DNA from: Eledone cirrhosa
Lineage: Eukaryota
Assembly: GCA_964016885.1 (NCBI GenBank)
Contig: CAXHJY010000384.1
Coordinates: 73,930-137,929 of the forward strand
Reading direction: 5' to 3'
Length of the DNA stretch: 64,000 bases
Shown in pieces: positions 25,086 through 37,420 of this stretch. A model generated the notes under the pieces. That model was not told the origin of the DNA and searched no databases. It was given only the letters and a program-made list of their open reading frames with translations. Each line of letters begins with the position of its first letter. Position 1 is the stretch's first letter. A program made the translations under genes and the position numbers.

Positions 25086-25564
25086 TATTACTTTTTTTTT
25101 TTGCAACCGTTCCAACCCACCCATCCAACTCAGTTTATGTACATGTTTATTTAGCCTTTGACAAAATGCATTCGATTTCAGACCATTCCGTATGTGCTAA
25201 GAATTCAAGACCACAATATTCAACTTGTCAATTTCTAGTGTTAATTTGAGGGAGATTTGACCATTACCAGTAGATTAAGCTATCGCATAGAAACACTCGT
25301 GTTTTATTTGTGACTGTATCAAGAATTGACCACATATGCATGATTTATTCAATACACACTCATACATCAAACATAGCCTCAGTCCACGAGATCTAACCGG
25401 TAAAAGAATATGTGTAATTGGAGTAGAAGGCGATAAATGGAAGAAAACGATTGTAACACCTGACCAAATATAAACATCGTTAAGACAAATTAAGAATACA
25501 TATATTGATCTCTCCCTTTCTTTCTCTCTCTCTATATATATATATTCATACACACACACATATA

Positions 25565-25712
25565 TGGGCTGTCTGTGAAGGAGTGATGCTAGAGCCGTGA
25601 AATCTTGCATACATTAATTTCAACTCTTAATAGCTGCAGTGTTTCTTTCCAGCGACTATGTTGAACAATAAACCTCATTTGTTCATTCCATGAGAGTATC
25701 TTGGTCAGCCGA
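25565..25712. mobile_element. Mariner-type MITE, eroded copy
   Basis: Internal sequence matches 29515-29701 and 49435-49622 (TCATTCCATGAGAGTATCTTGGTCA). Confidence 0.7.
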
Positions 25713-26768
25713 TCCCCCAAACACACACACTATAAATCCTGTTATTTATCTAAGTCTGAATATTGATATTTGGGATACCCTAATATGGCATACAACATTT
25801 CTAGTTTTTTACAAATTTGGAAAAGTAATCGGAATTATTATTATTTTTTTTTTTTTTGCAAGTTTACCATAAATCTGAATGTCAAAACTGTCATTGTATA
25901 CAAATGTAAACTAGCAGATTACTACCAAATTATATAAAACAAAAGCATATATATATATATAAGAAAATCTTAGTGTTAATGTGTGTGTGTTGGCTAGTCA
26001 CTTTTACTTTATCAAACTATTTGTTTGGTGGCCCGCGAGCATTTTCTTTTATAACCGTCGTGCTGCGACTAGCTTCTTTGTCATACAACATATTTTGGGG
26101 TGCAATTAAGAATTATTTTGTTTAAAATACGAGGGTGTGATTATAAGGGAATATGGCTGTAATTTCTAGCAGGTAAAGCGACCAAAAATAGACGCTATTC
26201 ACGAGGGGAAAATAATAGAATATATTCCTATTATTAATTATAATAATAATCTAGCAATAATAATTTTAAACAAATTAAGTACATTTTAAAACCAAAGTTG
26301 ACAATCATTTACAGCAAATCCAGGTAATTATAAATTATAAAATAACACAAATCAATGAAACAGCTGACGTTCGATAGAGCTAGGCCGTTGACAACGAGTT
26401 TTTTGTCATTGTTACTGAAATATTAAGTAATATTCCGGGGGGGGGGGGGGGGGGGACTTAGCTATTCTAGCGCCTTAGGTATGCTATCACCTGCAGCGAT
26501 GCTAAAACTGGCTTAGCTTTCCTCATTTTTTTTCCTTTGAGAAAGAAACATCAGCATTCTCTGCTGTAACGTGTGAGTGTCCGCGTCTTCGGTGGCTTTA
26601 AAAAAAAAAAAAAAATCTATTGATTTGTTTCTTTTGTAAATTATACTCCTCATTATAAGTTATTTTAATAAAAGACATTGACAAACAATATAACATACTG
26701 TTCAGAATGTTCGATCATCACCATATCCACTTAAATTCTTTTAAGTAACTATTCAAAACTTCACATGT

Positions 26769-26945
26769 ATAATTATTTCTACTTTTGGCACAAGGCCAAC
26801 AATCACCCTAGTGCATTACTGGTACTTTATTTTATCGACCCCGTAAGGATGAAAGGCAAAGTTAACCTCGGCAGGATTTGAACTCAGAGCGTAAAGGGCC
26901 ATAACTATGCTGCAAAGCATGGTGTCTGACGCTCTACTGATACAA
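26769..26945 (-). mobile_element. Meta-like tRNA SINE
   Basis: Family consensus motifs as above. Confidence 0.85.
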
Positions 26946-27544
26946 TTAATGTTTCTTCTTTCACGATCGCTTAACAAATTGATACTAGCTACAGTTTGAC
27001 AAAGTGAAAGTGGTACATTTTAACCATGGTTCGCCACATGTCTTGACTACACATTTGAGTGTAGCTACATAATTATTTACAGATAATAGTAAAGTTTACT
27101 ATAAGTTTAGATGCAGCAAGCGTCCTTTGGTATTATTCATATACATATTCCGATACATCTATCTAGAAATTTAAAATAGAATCGGACTATATACGTCAAA
27201 CGGAAAACACACACATAATAAATATCCACTTTGGTATTAATTTTCCTTGTGTTGACAAACCCAAATGTGTGTGTGTGTATATATATATATACACACACGT
27301 ACATTTTGGTTTGCCAACACGAGATTGGTATATATATATATATATATAATATACCAAAGTTGATATTTTACGTAAATTACAGAGGCTATTTTGTTGCTAC
27401 TCTTGTGTTTTGCGAAACGCAGAGTAGCAACAAAGAGTAATCACAGTATATATATATAATCGTTGAAATTTATTGTTACGAACGGAGATGATCCAGAAAG
27501 TAAGGTACTCAATACATCAAGTAGAGATATTAATTCATTACGAA

Positions 27545-27642
27545 ATGGTTCTTACAGGACTAATTCCTTTTCCTTCAAGTAAGATTTCGTCAGAACCTTT
27601 CTGGCGAAGTTTTAATTCAAGAAGGACAGATTAGTCTTGAGT
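27545..27642. ncRNA. Eroded head-to-head pair of hammerhead-like motifs
   Basis: Minus strand CTGACGA..GAAA..TA-GTCC; plus strand CTGGCGA..GAAG..TA-GTCT. Related to 46984-47073, with which it shares a GTAAGGTACTCAATACAT flank. Confidence 0.4.
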
Positions 27643-28744
27643 CACTTTTCAATAAATGTTAGAAAATATATAAACGCAGTGCACGTTATACACAGAAACA
27701 TTGTAATATATAGTATATACATGCTATACACACACAAGGGGTCAGCCGTGTATTGAAGCTAAAATATATTTTTATTTTATATTTTACATAATTACATTGA
27801 CATATGGTTAGTTAATATTGTTCAAACCTACATGCAATGTATTTTTCATACCCCGGCATAAAAAGATAAAAACTTTTCTTTTGTTTTTATTTTACCAAGC
27901 CCACGTTACAATTAAATACAGATTTAGTGAATAGAATGGTGCTAGCAATATGGCCCTAAGCTTGTCTAAAAATCACAGGATTCTAAATCATCGGTGTTAG
28001 GAATTTACAAATGGACACGCCAGGTGTGAACGAACATACACTATCAAACTCCTACTACTACGACCATAGAATACAATACATGTTCCGCCCGTCCGTCTCC
28101 ATATGGAGGAAATGACGCCGGCATATTCAAGGGGACAAGTGACATTTCCTCACTAATGAACAAACGAAGAAAGAAGCGAGGGTTGAAAAGGAACACAGAA
28201 GCTAAACAATATGAGAGATGCGAAGGTAAACGTACATATGTTCGTGTGGTTAGTCTATGTATCCTGTGTATAAGAAAGACAGTAGCAATAACATAGCTCT
28301 ATGGTGTTACAGGACAAAGCAAAGATAAAACCTGGCTATGTTGTAGAATTATCCCGTTTTCAAACGTTTTTTTTTTTATTATTATTCGGTTTATCAATAA
28401 TAAATGGCAGTATTAGTCTCTTGTTGTCAACAACTTGCAATGTGTTAGAACTTAAATTAAATTCTAATACATTATTTTTTTTTCTTTCAGAAAAATATAT
28501 TCTTTTAATGTTAAAATATTAAAGAAAATTTGAAGGAAGAGGTAAACAAGCGAGCCAACACCAGAGCAAAAGACAAGTAACGTCGCGAGGAGTACCGGGC
28601 AACCTCTCTAATGATTTTGATAACTGAATTGATTCTTTCGAGGGACTATGTTGAGAAATAAACCTTATTTGGTCATTCCATGAGAGTATCTTGGTCAACC
28701 GACGCTCGTTGGCATTATCTGAATTTCTTTCTAGGTTACATTAT

Positions 28745-29172
28745 TTTGGATTGGCAGTATCAGTAGAGGGTCGGACGCCATGCTTTCCAGCATAGTTACG
28801 TCCCTTTACAATCTGAGTTCAAATCCCGCCGAGGTTGACTTTGCCTTTCATCCTTACGGGGTCGATAAAATAAAGTACCAGTAATGCACTGGGTATTTGC
28901 TGGCCTTGTGCCTAAAGTAGAAACCATTATTTATATTTGCCTTCAAATTTATATTTGAGTTCAAATCCCGCCGAGGTTAACTTTGCCTTTCATCCTTACG
29001 GGGTCGATAAAATAAGGTACCAGTAATGCACTGGGTAATTACTGGCCTTGTGCCAAAAGTAGAAACAATTATTTATATTTGCCTTTCATCCTTACGGGGT
29101 CGATAAAATAAAGTACCAGTAATGCACTGGATTATTGCTGGCCTTGTGCCTAAAGTAGAAACAATTATTTAT
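28745..29172 (+). mobile_element. Tandem array: one full SINE plus two progressively shorter 3' duplicates
   Basis: The core GCCTTTCATCCTTACGGGGTCG occurs three times (~28843, ~28985, ~29080). Confidence 0.88.
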
Positions 29173-29514
29173 AAATGGAAAGTGACGTACAATTTGTAAA
29201 ATGTTTTTAAAAAAAACAAACTCGAAATTCATTCGTTACACTTTGCAACTCGCATTCTACAAAGACTGCTAACAACTATAATATATATACCCACACATTT
29301 ACAAATACTATTTAAAACTTACATATAAGTAAAAGTCGATAATATGTCAGATTATCTAGGACGATATACTAACTGCAGAAAGTCAAGATGTTGTCAACGA
29401 ACAAATAAATCCAACTCAATAAACTATAAGTCTAATTTGTGATTTACTGAAGTTATTAAATATAACTTTTGAAATATTAATAAATCCACGAAGCTGTTTG
29501 TTAATTCAGAGATG

Positions 29515-29701
29515 TACGAGGGTCAGCTGAAAAGTTCATAGGCTAACTATGAAGGATTGATGCTAGAGCTGTGAAATCTTAATGTATATTCATTTCAACT
29601 CTTCTTATTGATAACTGAATTGATTCTTTCGAGGGACTATGTTGAAAAATAAACCTTACTTGGTCATTCCATGAGAGTATCTTGGTCAACCGACGCTCGT
29701 A
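29515..29701. mobile_element. Mariner-type MITE (right TIR partly deleted)
   Basis: TA-CGAGGGTCAGCTGAAAAGTTC ... GACGCTCG-TA. Confidence 0.8.
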
Positions 29702-29979
29702 TGTTGGTTCGTTGGCATTATCTGAATTTCTTCCTAGGTTAGCTTGGCTTTTCATCCTTATGGGTGTCGGTAAAATAAAGCACTAGTAACACACTGGGAT
29801 CGATTTAATCGATTTTACTCCCCCCCCCCCCCTAAATTGTTGGCTTTGTGCCTAAATCAAAAACTATTATTTGAATTCCCGTTATTAAAATGCCGATAAA
29901 CAGTCCCGATCGTCTAATTAACAGAGACGGAGAAAATATATCGATATTCAATGTAGTAGGAACCCTCCTCGATTCTATA

Positions 29980-30273
29980 TACCGTATTTGCCGGACTACT
30001 GGACGCACTTAAAAAAAAAACTATTAAAAAATCTCCTGCTGGGAGGCTAAATGGAGAGTAAGGACAATTATTGTTTAAAAAAAATATTTTATATTACTAT
30101 TAGTATTATTAAGTCATACAATACAATTTATATAAGCAAAATGATGTCGGAAAAAAAAGAAATATTTTAAAAAATAAATTGAAGAAATGAACTAATTTTT
30201 TTTTTAAATGTCCATGTAAAACCAAGAGGGCGTCTTATACAAAGGTGCATCCAATAGACCAGCTAATACGGTA
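29980..30273. mobile_element. Tc1/pogo-type MITE
   Basis: TACCGTATTTGCCGGACTACTGGACGCAC matches the reverse complement of the right end, TACCGTATTAGCTGGTCTATTGGATGCAC. TA termini. Confidence 0.8.
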
Positions 30274-31177
30274 ATTCTCAACAGACATAAATATAAAGAC
30301 AGACGACATGAGACAACAGATAACTAACTAAATAACTAACACATGTAAAACTAAGAGTTAGCTAAGTTTACGTGTTTTGACCAAGGAACAAACCTTTGAT
30401 AGTCTGTCTCTTTACACGATGGATGTCTTTTACCGGCTAAAAACAAAACGACAGGTAGCAGACAGCATAACAAAGAATTCTTACTCATTGCAGCAACTAC
30501 TTCTGTTATTTCAACGTTCTTTCATGGAGAGACAGAGAGAAAAAAAGTTTCCTTCCTGTGAGAAAAAAAAAAATGACTGAAGCAGGCGACACTAGATGAA
30601 GAGAGAGTGTGTGTGTGTGTGTCTGTCTTTATGTTATATACATATAAATGTATAGATGGAGAGATACATACAACTGTACAGTTACTTCTAACCCCTCTCT
30701 TTCTTTGTGTGTGTGTAGAGAGAGAGGGGGGGGGCAAAGCAGTAGTGGAGAAAGGAAGGTGGGGGGAATATGAGAGCGATAAAGACAATATAACAGGGAG
30801 TGAATTAAAGATACATACAAAACAGTCGATGATGAAAGAATGATAGGCAGAGTTAAGAGAAAGGATGGAGTAGCAATGTTAGAAAAAGAGACAAAACATA
30901 CATATTTGATATGTCTGTGTATACGTGCATTTATATATGCATGTATGATAAAACTAAAAAAAGTTGAGATAAACAGAAAGGTCACATAAAGAGAAAGATA
31001 ACACGGAGATTAAAAATGAAAGAAAAACATACGGTAAAACTAAATAATAGAGATTGTCGCAAGTATGGTCGTAGGATTAAGTAGCCTGATTCACAACCAT
31101 GAGGTTCCGGGTTCGAGCGCAGTGCACAGCAATTTAGGAGAATATCTTCAACTCCAGGGTATTGATATGACTAACTT

Positions 31178-31650
31178 ACATAATTGTTTCTACTTTTGGC
31201 ACAAGGCCAGCAATTAATCCCAGTGCATTACTGGTACTTTATTTTATCGACCCCGTAAGGATGAAAGGCAAAGTTAACCTCGGCGGGATTTGAACTCAGA
31301 ACGTAAAGGGACGTAACTATGCTGGAAAGCCTGTCCGACCCTCTATCGATACTGCCAAACTTACATAATAATTGTTTCTACTTTTGGCACAAGGCCAGCA
31401 ATTACCCAGTACATTACTGCCGCAAGGCATGTTGTCCGACGCTCTACCGATATTGGCAATTCAACAAACTCAAATTATAATGATTATAATTAATTATAAT
31501 GATTTCTAATGTTTGAGGGGAGGGAAAAATCGATTTTACTCGTCACCAGTATTTGACTAGTACTTTATTTTATCGACCCTGAAAGGATGAGAGGCAAAGT
31601 TGACCTCGGCGGGATTTGAACTGTAACTAAATGCTGCAAAACATTGTCCA
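31178..31650 (-). mobile_element. Cluster of Meta-like SINEs
   Basis: Three copies or fragments. AACTTACATAAT is duplicated around the first copy. Confidence 0.85.
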
Positions 31651-31765
31651 ACGCCATAAACAGTTGTGACAGAAAAGATGGTAAAGAAAGAATGGGGAAG
31701 TCGTCGTAACGCCCCGCCAACCATATCTCTTATCCTCACAGGGAACACAGATCACAGTAGCTGTC

Positions 31766-31907
31766 GAATACGCGCTTTTCGCTGGAGAAATTCTCGTTTC
31801 CGCAGTTCGTCTGTTCGTCATCCTTTGTTATGGACATCAATAACAAAGGATGTTACGAACTGACAAGTTGTAGAAATGAGAATTTCATCAGCGAAACGCG
31901 CGTATTC
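31766..31907. ncRNA. Head-to-head inverted pair of type I hammerhead motifs
   Basis: Plus strand: GAA-CTGACAA-GTTG..CAGC-GAAA-CGCGCG-TA-TTC (31857-31907). Minus strand: CGAA-CAGACGA-ACTG..CAGC-GAAA-AGCGCG-TA-TTCG. 10-nt central loop. Confidence 0.75.
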
Positions 31908-32001
31908 ACATTAAAATGTGAATTCAAATTAAATCTTGTGTACATACGTACGCGCGCGCGAGCACACACCACATATATATATTCATATATATTATCATAT
32001 G

Positions 32002-32044
<43 letters not shown>

Positions 32045-32089
32045 CATCATTGCAGCTGGTTGTAGACCTGGCTTTTAAACAGGAAGACT

Positions 32090-32242
32090 TTTAAGTCCTT
32101 TTAACTGACACACTTGACCTAACCTATGTGTTTGAGTGAGTGCATGTGCATGTATGTTTTTATACATACATACATAGGCACAGTGGTCTCACAAAGTCAC
32201 ACACACCAAGTTAGGTCAAGTGTGTCAGCTGAAAGAACATAA
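32090..32242. mobile_element. Small MITE-like inverted repeat
   Basis: CTGACACACTTGACCTAAC / GTTAGGTCAAGTGTGTCAG. Confidence 0.55.
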
Positions 32243-32682
32243 ACCCCTTTTTTGTAACAAACCACCCGAAACCGCCTTTGGTTCTTTGATACAAAACTGT
32301 GTTTAAGAGTGTTTATATTTCTCTAAACACTTTCCATTTTATGTAAGAATCTTTGTTTGGTGGTTGTCAACAAGTAGCAACACTCACCAAAATTAGATAT
32401 TAGAAATAAGTGAATGCCAATTGAACAGACGCCAAAGATAAAGTACCTCAGGTGTATTCAATCAGAAAAAAAGGAAATGTAAAAGAGAAACCAAAAGAAG
32501 AGTTGGGATTGCGAGAAAGTCATCTGAAAAAAAATGTCTTGTAAACTTACACCAAAAACATCAATATAGGCTTATATAAAAAGATTATTAGAAACCAGGC
32601 AATCCCAAAACAAGCCATTCTTCCATTAAATGTTTATAGGTTAGACAACAGTAATATAATTAATATAAATAGAACTGTGGTC

Positions 32683-32880
32683 AATACAGACCACTGCCAC
32701 AATGAATATATACCTGGACAATGTGGAAAGCCCTCGCTAAGACACAAACCACCATCGTTACCACAATGAATATATACCTGGACAATGTGGGAGAACCCTC
32801 TCCAACAATACACAGACCACCACCATCACTACCACAATGATATATGCCTGGATAATGCAGGGAAATGCTTTCTGACCTGC
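32683..32880. repeat. Diverged ~65-bp tandem repeat, three copies
   Basis: CCACAATGA(A)TATAT(A/G)CCTGGA(C/T)AATG occurs three times. Confidence 0.8.
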
Positions 32881-32904
32881 AGAACTCCATGTGCATGCCA
32901 CATC

Positions 32905-33100
32905 ATCACAGTCACTACAGACAGAATAGAGACAGCAATAGAAGATAGCAATGGAGTTGCATTGAAATAGCTATTATTCCAACTTGCAAAGCTCACTTCT
33001 GCTGGTGGCCAACTCCATCCCGATATCAGTCAGTAGGGCGGAGGTTCAGGGACCAAGAACACCAGAAGTCTCCACTGCTATAGGTTCAAATGCATAATCC
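32905..33100 (-). mobile_element. CRE-clade 3' fragment
   Basis: YAFEPIAVETSGVLGP*TSALLTDIGMELATSRSE..LFQ, homologous to 24363-24628. Confidence 0.8.
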
Positions 33101-33109
33101 TCTTGACTA

Positions 33110-33410
33110 ATATAGAGCTGAAACATGTACATGAACAAAAATACTATCAAATTAATAATCTATATGTAGAGGCATACAGAAAATATTTGAGAATATCGGG
33201 GACAAAACACAAAACTAATGAAATATTAACAAAAACAAAAACATTTGTTCCATACCATGAAAGGGAGAAAACTAAAATATTTTGGACACTTAGTAAAAAA
33301 GGCTTACAGAGACTGTTAATAGAAGGCAATATGAAGAGAGGAAGAAGAAAACGAAAAATTATGTGGATGGGTAATATCAAGAATTGGACAGGTTTAAAAT
33401 GCAGTGCAAA
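33110..33410 (+). mobile_element. RTE LINE C-terminal relic
   Basis: EAYRKYLRIS..KTNE, RKLKYFGH (alternate frame), LLIEGNMKRGRR..WMGNIKNWTGL. Confidence 0.7.
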
Positions 33411-33469
33411 TATAAAGCAATGGTTCTCAGATGGGAGACACTTGGGGAAGAATCCAAACTGGGAAAGAA

Positions 33470-33730
33470 TAATGTATATTGTGTATATATATCCAACTAT
33501 TGTGTATAGTGTACATATATATCAAATAAAATACCAATATATTCAAATATTATGTATATATCAAATGAAATACCAATATAGCCAACTATAGTGTATATTG
33601 TATATATATCAAATAAAATACCAATATACACAACTATAGTGTATATTGTATATATATCAAATAAAATACCAATATACCCGTGTATATTGTATATATATCA
33701 AATAAAATACCAATATACCCAACTATAAGG
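33470..33730. repeat. AT-rich tandem repeat, ~37-48-bp units
   Basis: ATATATATCAAATAAAATACCAATATA recurs five times. Confidence 0.85.
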
Positions 33731-34237
33731 ATGATTATGAATTAACAGTTCATCAAAAACTGCTGCTTCAGATTTATTCCTGCTTGGGATTATACAATTA
33801 TTGAGGTTTAAAAAACTTAGTCATGTTAATATGGTACTCAGGTTAAAAAAATTACTAGATGCATTTAAAGCTGAGAAGGAATTGAAGAAACCTGTGCAAG
33901 GGTAGAAATGTAGCTTGGGTCTCTGAGAGCCACTGGTAAGAGGACAATACAAAATAGACCAAGATAGCACTCCATGGTACTGAACCTGTTGAAAATATAT
34001 GATACTCAATAATGATATGGCCAACTACAATATATATTATTTCTGTTCATACACAGTGCTACCTAAGGTTTCATGGTCCAATTTTGACCGTCTCTCCAGG
34101 TTGTAAGAACAATTGAATTTGTGACCTAGTCACCAGGTGCTTGAACAAGTTTGAAAATAGATAAATAATATATCAGCTCTCATATCTAATTGAGCATTGT
34201 TTTTTCATATCCACTAATATTTTACAACACACACACA

Positions 34238-34279
<42 letters not shown>

Positions 34280-34827
34280 AGGTGTGTGTGTACACTTTAC
34301 TTGACATTTCAAATATGTATATAAGTTGAGTCATAATTAGTTTACTGTTAAGGGTTGTGAATAAACGGGAAACCATGGTGTTATTTAATTTTATTCCAAA
34401 GGTAATATATAGGTAATTCATATAAGTTTATGTACTAATATTAAATGTTTGAAGTGTTACCCATTTGTAAGTATGCCAATATTATGTTGTTTTGTTGTTG
34501 TTTATTGTAATCAATAAGCTGATTGTGGTTTACTCTGTACATACTTTCTTACTCACACATGAAGTGTAATGTATGCTTATTTTAAACCATTTCATGGCTG
34601 TATTTCTAATGAAATACATTCAATTAATTACTTAAGAAATATGAGGGATTTACTAAAATTATTAATTATTTCATAACTACTATAGTAACTTGATATATAG
34701 TACTTATCTAAAATTATGCTGGGAAATTTTAGTTTAACTCTTTACCATTTACATTACTCTATATTTACTACTATATTTTCACGGTAAAGGCTTTACCTCA
34801 CATAATTATACACAATTCTATTTTCAG

Positions 34828-35390
34828 AGTGTCGGCGGCCCGTCTGAGGAGGGAGCCCCGTGAGGTTGGGTGGCAAACTACAGCCACCTCTTTTAAATGT
34901 CTCTCTATCGATGGATGGATGGATGGATGCATGCATGCATGCATACAAGGAGCTCTTAAGAGTCAATGGCCATCCAAAATCACCGGGAGAGATGACCCCT
35001 TAGCCTTTGTCAAGGCAGAATTCTAGGAGAAGGAAAACTCTGATATAACACCTGCAACCCTGATGGTATCCAATGATGTTGACTTGTTCTTCTTTTTGGT
35101 AAATATCATCTTGGTTAAGAGAGTGGGACTGGCTTTGTGCAGTGCCTTTGCTCACTATAAAAGCTTCACGGCACAGGCATTGCTTTATATCTGGAGATCT
35201 CTCTGCACTTGTCATCACATGGTACCATGGGCCCAGCACTATGTGTCAATAATTGTCACAAGTGTAGTGTTTGTACCAGAGTTTTCAAGTCGCTGGCTGG
35301 ACTAAAAGTCACTCGTTCAGCGCATCGGTAGGGGTTCTCCTACATGGATATAAAGTAGTGGCCGTACTCGAAAACGAGTTGGCAGCCACC
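34828..35390 (+). mobile_element. Non-autonomous RTE-derived (bipartite) retroelement, copy 1
   Basis: RTE 5'-type motif CTAGGAGAAGGAAAACTCTGA. The 3' part reads as a C2H2 finger relic (HKCSVCTRVFKSLAGLKSH). Followed by (GT)n; ~400 bp are near-identical to 46337-46739. Confidence 0.7.

Positions 35391-35478
<88 letters not shown>
35391..35478. repeat. (GT)n microsatellite
   Basis: Direct reading. Confidence 0.95.
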
Positions 35479-35481
<3 letters not shown>

Positions 35482-35847
35482 TATTATTATACTACACTCA
35501 GTCTAGCTCTACACCTCGATTATCTCACAGCTATGATATTTTGATGTTATTAATTTTGAGAACAATACCTTAACATTGGTAAGAGAGGCTGATTACAGCC
35601 GGTTTGAATAGAAAGAGGTGAGCGAATTCTGGCCGAATATGGCTGGTTTAAATGCTAAAGAGTTAAACAGGAAAGCTTTAAAATTGGTGGTTTTGTTTTA
35701 TAGGACCATGTTGGTTTTGGCAGGGTCCGTAACGAAAGGGTAAATAAACATGCAATTTTAGCCTCACTGTGAGAGTAATCCGATCTTATCCAATCCTCAG
35801 CCATCCAGTGAAACGCTCCTAAGGTTTTCAGTTGTGCAAGTAGTAGG

Positions 35848-37259
35848 AGAAGCAAGGTGCTACTCTATGTATTCTCAGAAACAAGGTGCTACTCTATGTG
35901 TTCTCAGAAACAAGGTGCTACTCTATGTGTTCTCAGAAACAAGGTGCTACTCTATGTGTTCTCAGAAACAAGGTGCTACTCTATGTGTTCTCAGAAACAA
36001 GGTGCTACTCTATGTGTTCTCAGAAACAAGGTGCTACTCTATGTGTTCTCAGAAACAAGGTGCTATTCTATGTATTCTCAGAAAAAAAGTGCTACTCTAT
36101 GTGTTCTCAGAAACAAGGTGCTACTCTATGTGTTCTCAGAAACAAGGTGCTACTCTATGTGTTCTCAGAAACAAGGTGCTACTCTATGTGTTCTCAGAAA
36201 CAAGGTGCTACTCTATGTGTTCTCAGAAACAAGGTGCTATTCTATGTGTTCTCAGAAACAAGGTGCTACTCTATGTGTTCTCAGAAACAAGGTGCTACTC
36301 TATGTGTTCTCAGAAACAAGGTGCTACTCTATGTGTTCTCAGAAACAAGGTGCTACTCTATGTGTTCTCAGAAACAAGGTGCTACTCTATGTGTTCTCAG
36401 AAACAAGGTGCTATTCTATGTGTTCCCAGAAACAAGGTGCTATTCTATGTGTTCTCAGAAACAAGGTGCTACTCTATGTGTTCTCAGAAACAAGGTGCTA
36501 CTCTATGTGTTCTCAGAAACAAGGTGCTATTCTATGTGTTCTCAGAAACAAGGTGCTACTCTATGTGTTCTCAGAAACAAGGTGCTACTCTATGTGTTCC
36601 CAGAAACAAGGTGCTACTCTGTGTTCTCAGAAACAAGGTGCTACTCTATGTGTTCTCAGAAACAAGGAGCTACTCTATGTGTTCCCAGAAACAAGGTGCT
36701 ACTCTATGTGTTCTCAGAAACAAGGTGCTACTCTATGTGTTCTCAGAAACAAGGTGCTATTCTATGTGTTCTCAGAAACAAGGTGCTACTCTGTGTTCTC
36801 AGAAACAAGGTGCTACTCTGTGTGTTCTCAGAAACAAGGTGCTATTCTATGTGTTCTCAGAAACAAGGTGCTACTCTATGTGTTCTCAGAAACAAGGTGC
36901 TACTCTATGTGTTCTCAGAAACAAGGTGCTATTCTATGTGTTCTCAGAAACAAGGTGCTACTCTGTGTTCTCAGAAACAAGGTGCTATTCTATGTATTCT
37001 CAGAAACAAGGTGCTATTCTATGTGTTCTCAGAAACAAGGTGCTACTCTATGTGTTCTCAGAAACAAGGTGCTATTCTATGTGTTCTCAGAAACAAGGTG
37101 CTACTCTGTGTTCTCAGAAACAAGGTGCTATTCTATGTATTCTCAGAAACAAGGTGCTACTCTGTGTTCTCAGAAACAAGGTGCTATTCTATGTATTCTC
37201 AGAAACAAGGTGCTATTCTATGTATTCTCAGAAACAAGGTGCTATTCTATGTGTTCTCA
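35848..37259. repeat. Homogeneous 29-bp minisatellite, roughly 49 units
   Basis: Unit GTGCTACTCTATGTGTTCTCAGAAACAAG, with some 27-bp variants and no spacers. Confidence 0.97.
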
Positions 37260-37261
37260 AA

Positions 37262-37420
37262 ATTGATTATCGACCGCAGTACTTGATTGGTACTTTATTT
37301 TTTCGACCACAAAAGGATGAAAACTAAAGTTGATCACAGTGGGATTTGAATGCAGAATGTAAAGGGCCATAATGATACATGAAAGTTTGTCTGACACTCT
37401 ACCAATACTACCAATCAACC
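37262..37420 (-). mobile_element. Older Meta-like SINE
   Basis: GGTACTTTATTTTTTCGACC..AAGGATGAAA..GGGATTTGAA. Confidence 0.7.

Noticed and set aside
26437-26455. Poly-G runs (also 38205, 41330) as G-quadruplex elements
   Set aside because: Homopolymers are common in this kind of genome and have no supporting context.
28619-29740. ~115-bp duplicated segment (28619-28735 and 29609-29740)
   Set aside because: Local duplication of a MITE end and its flank, with no functional signal.
35834-37327. Three ~470-500 aa ORFs, or a CRISPR-like array
   Set aside because: The ORFs come from a stop-free 29-bp unit. The repeats are contiguous with no spacers, there are no cas genes, and the context is eukaryotic.
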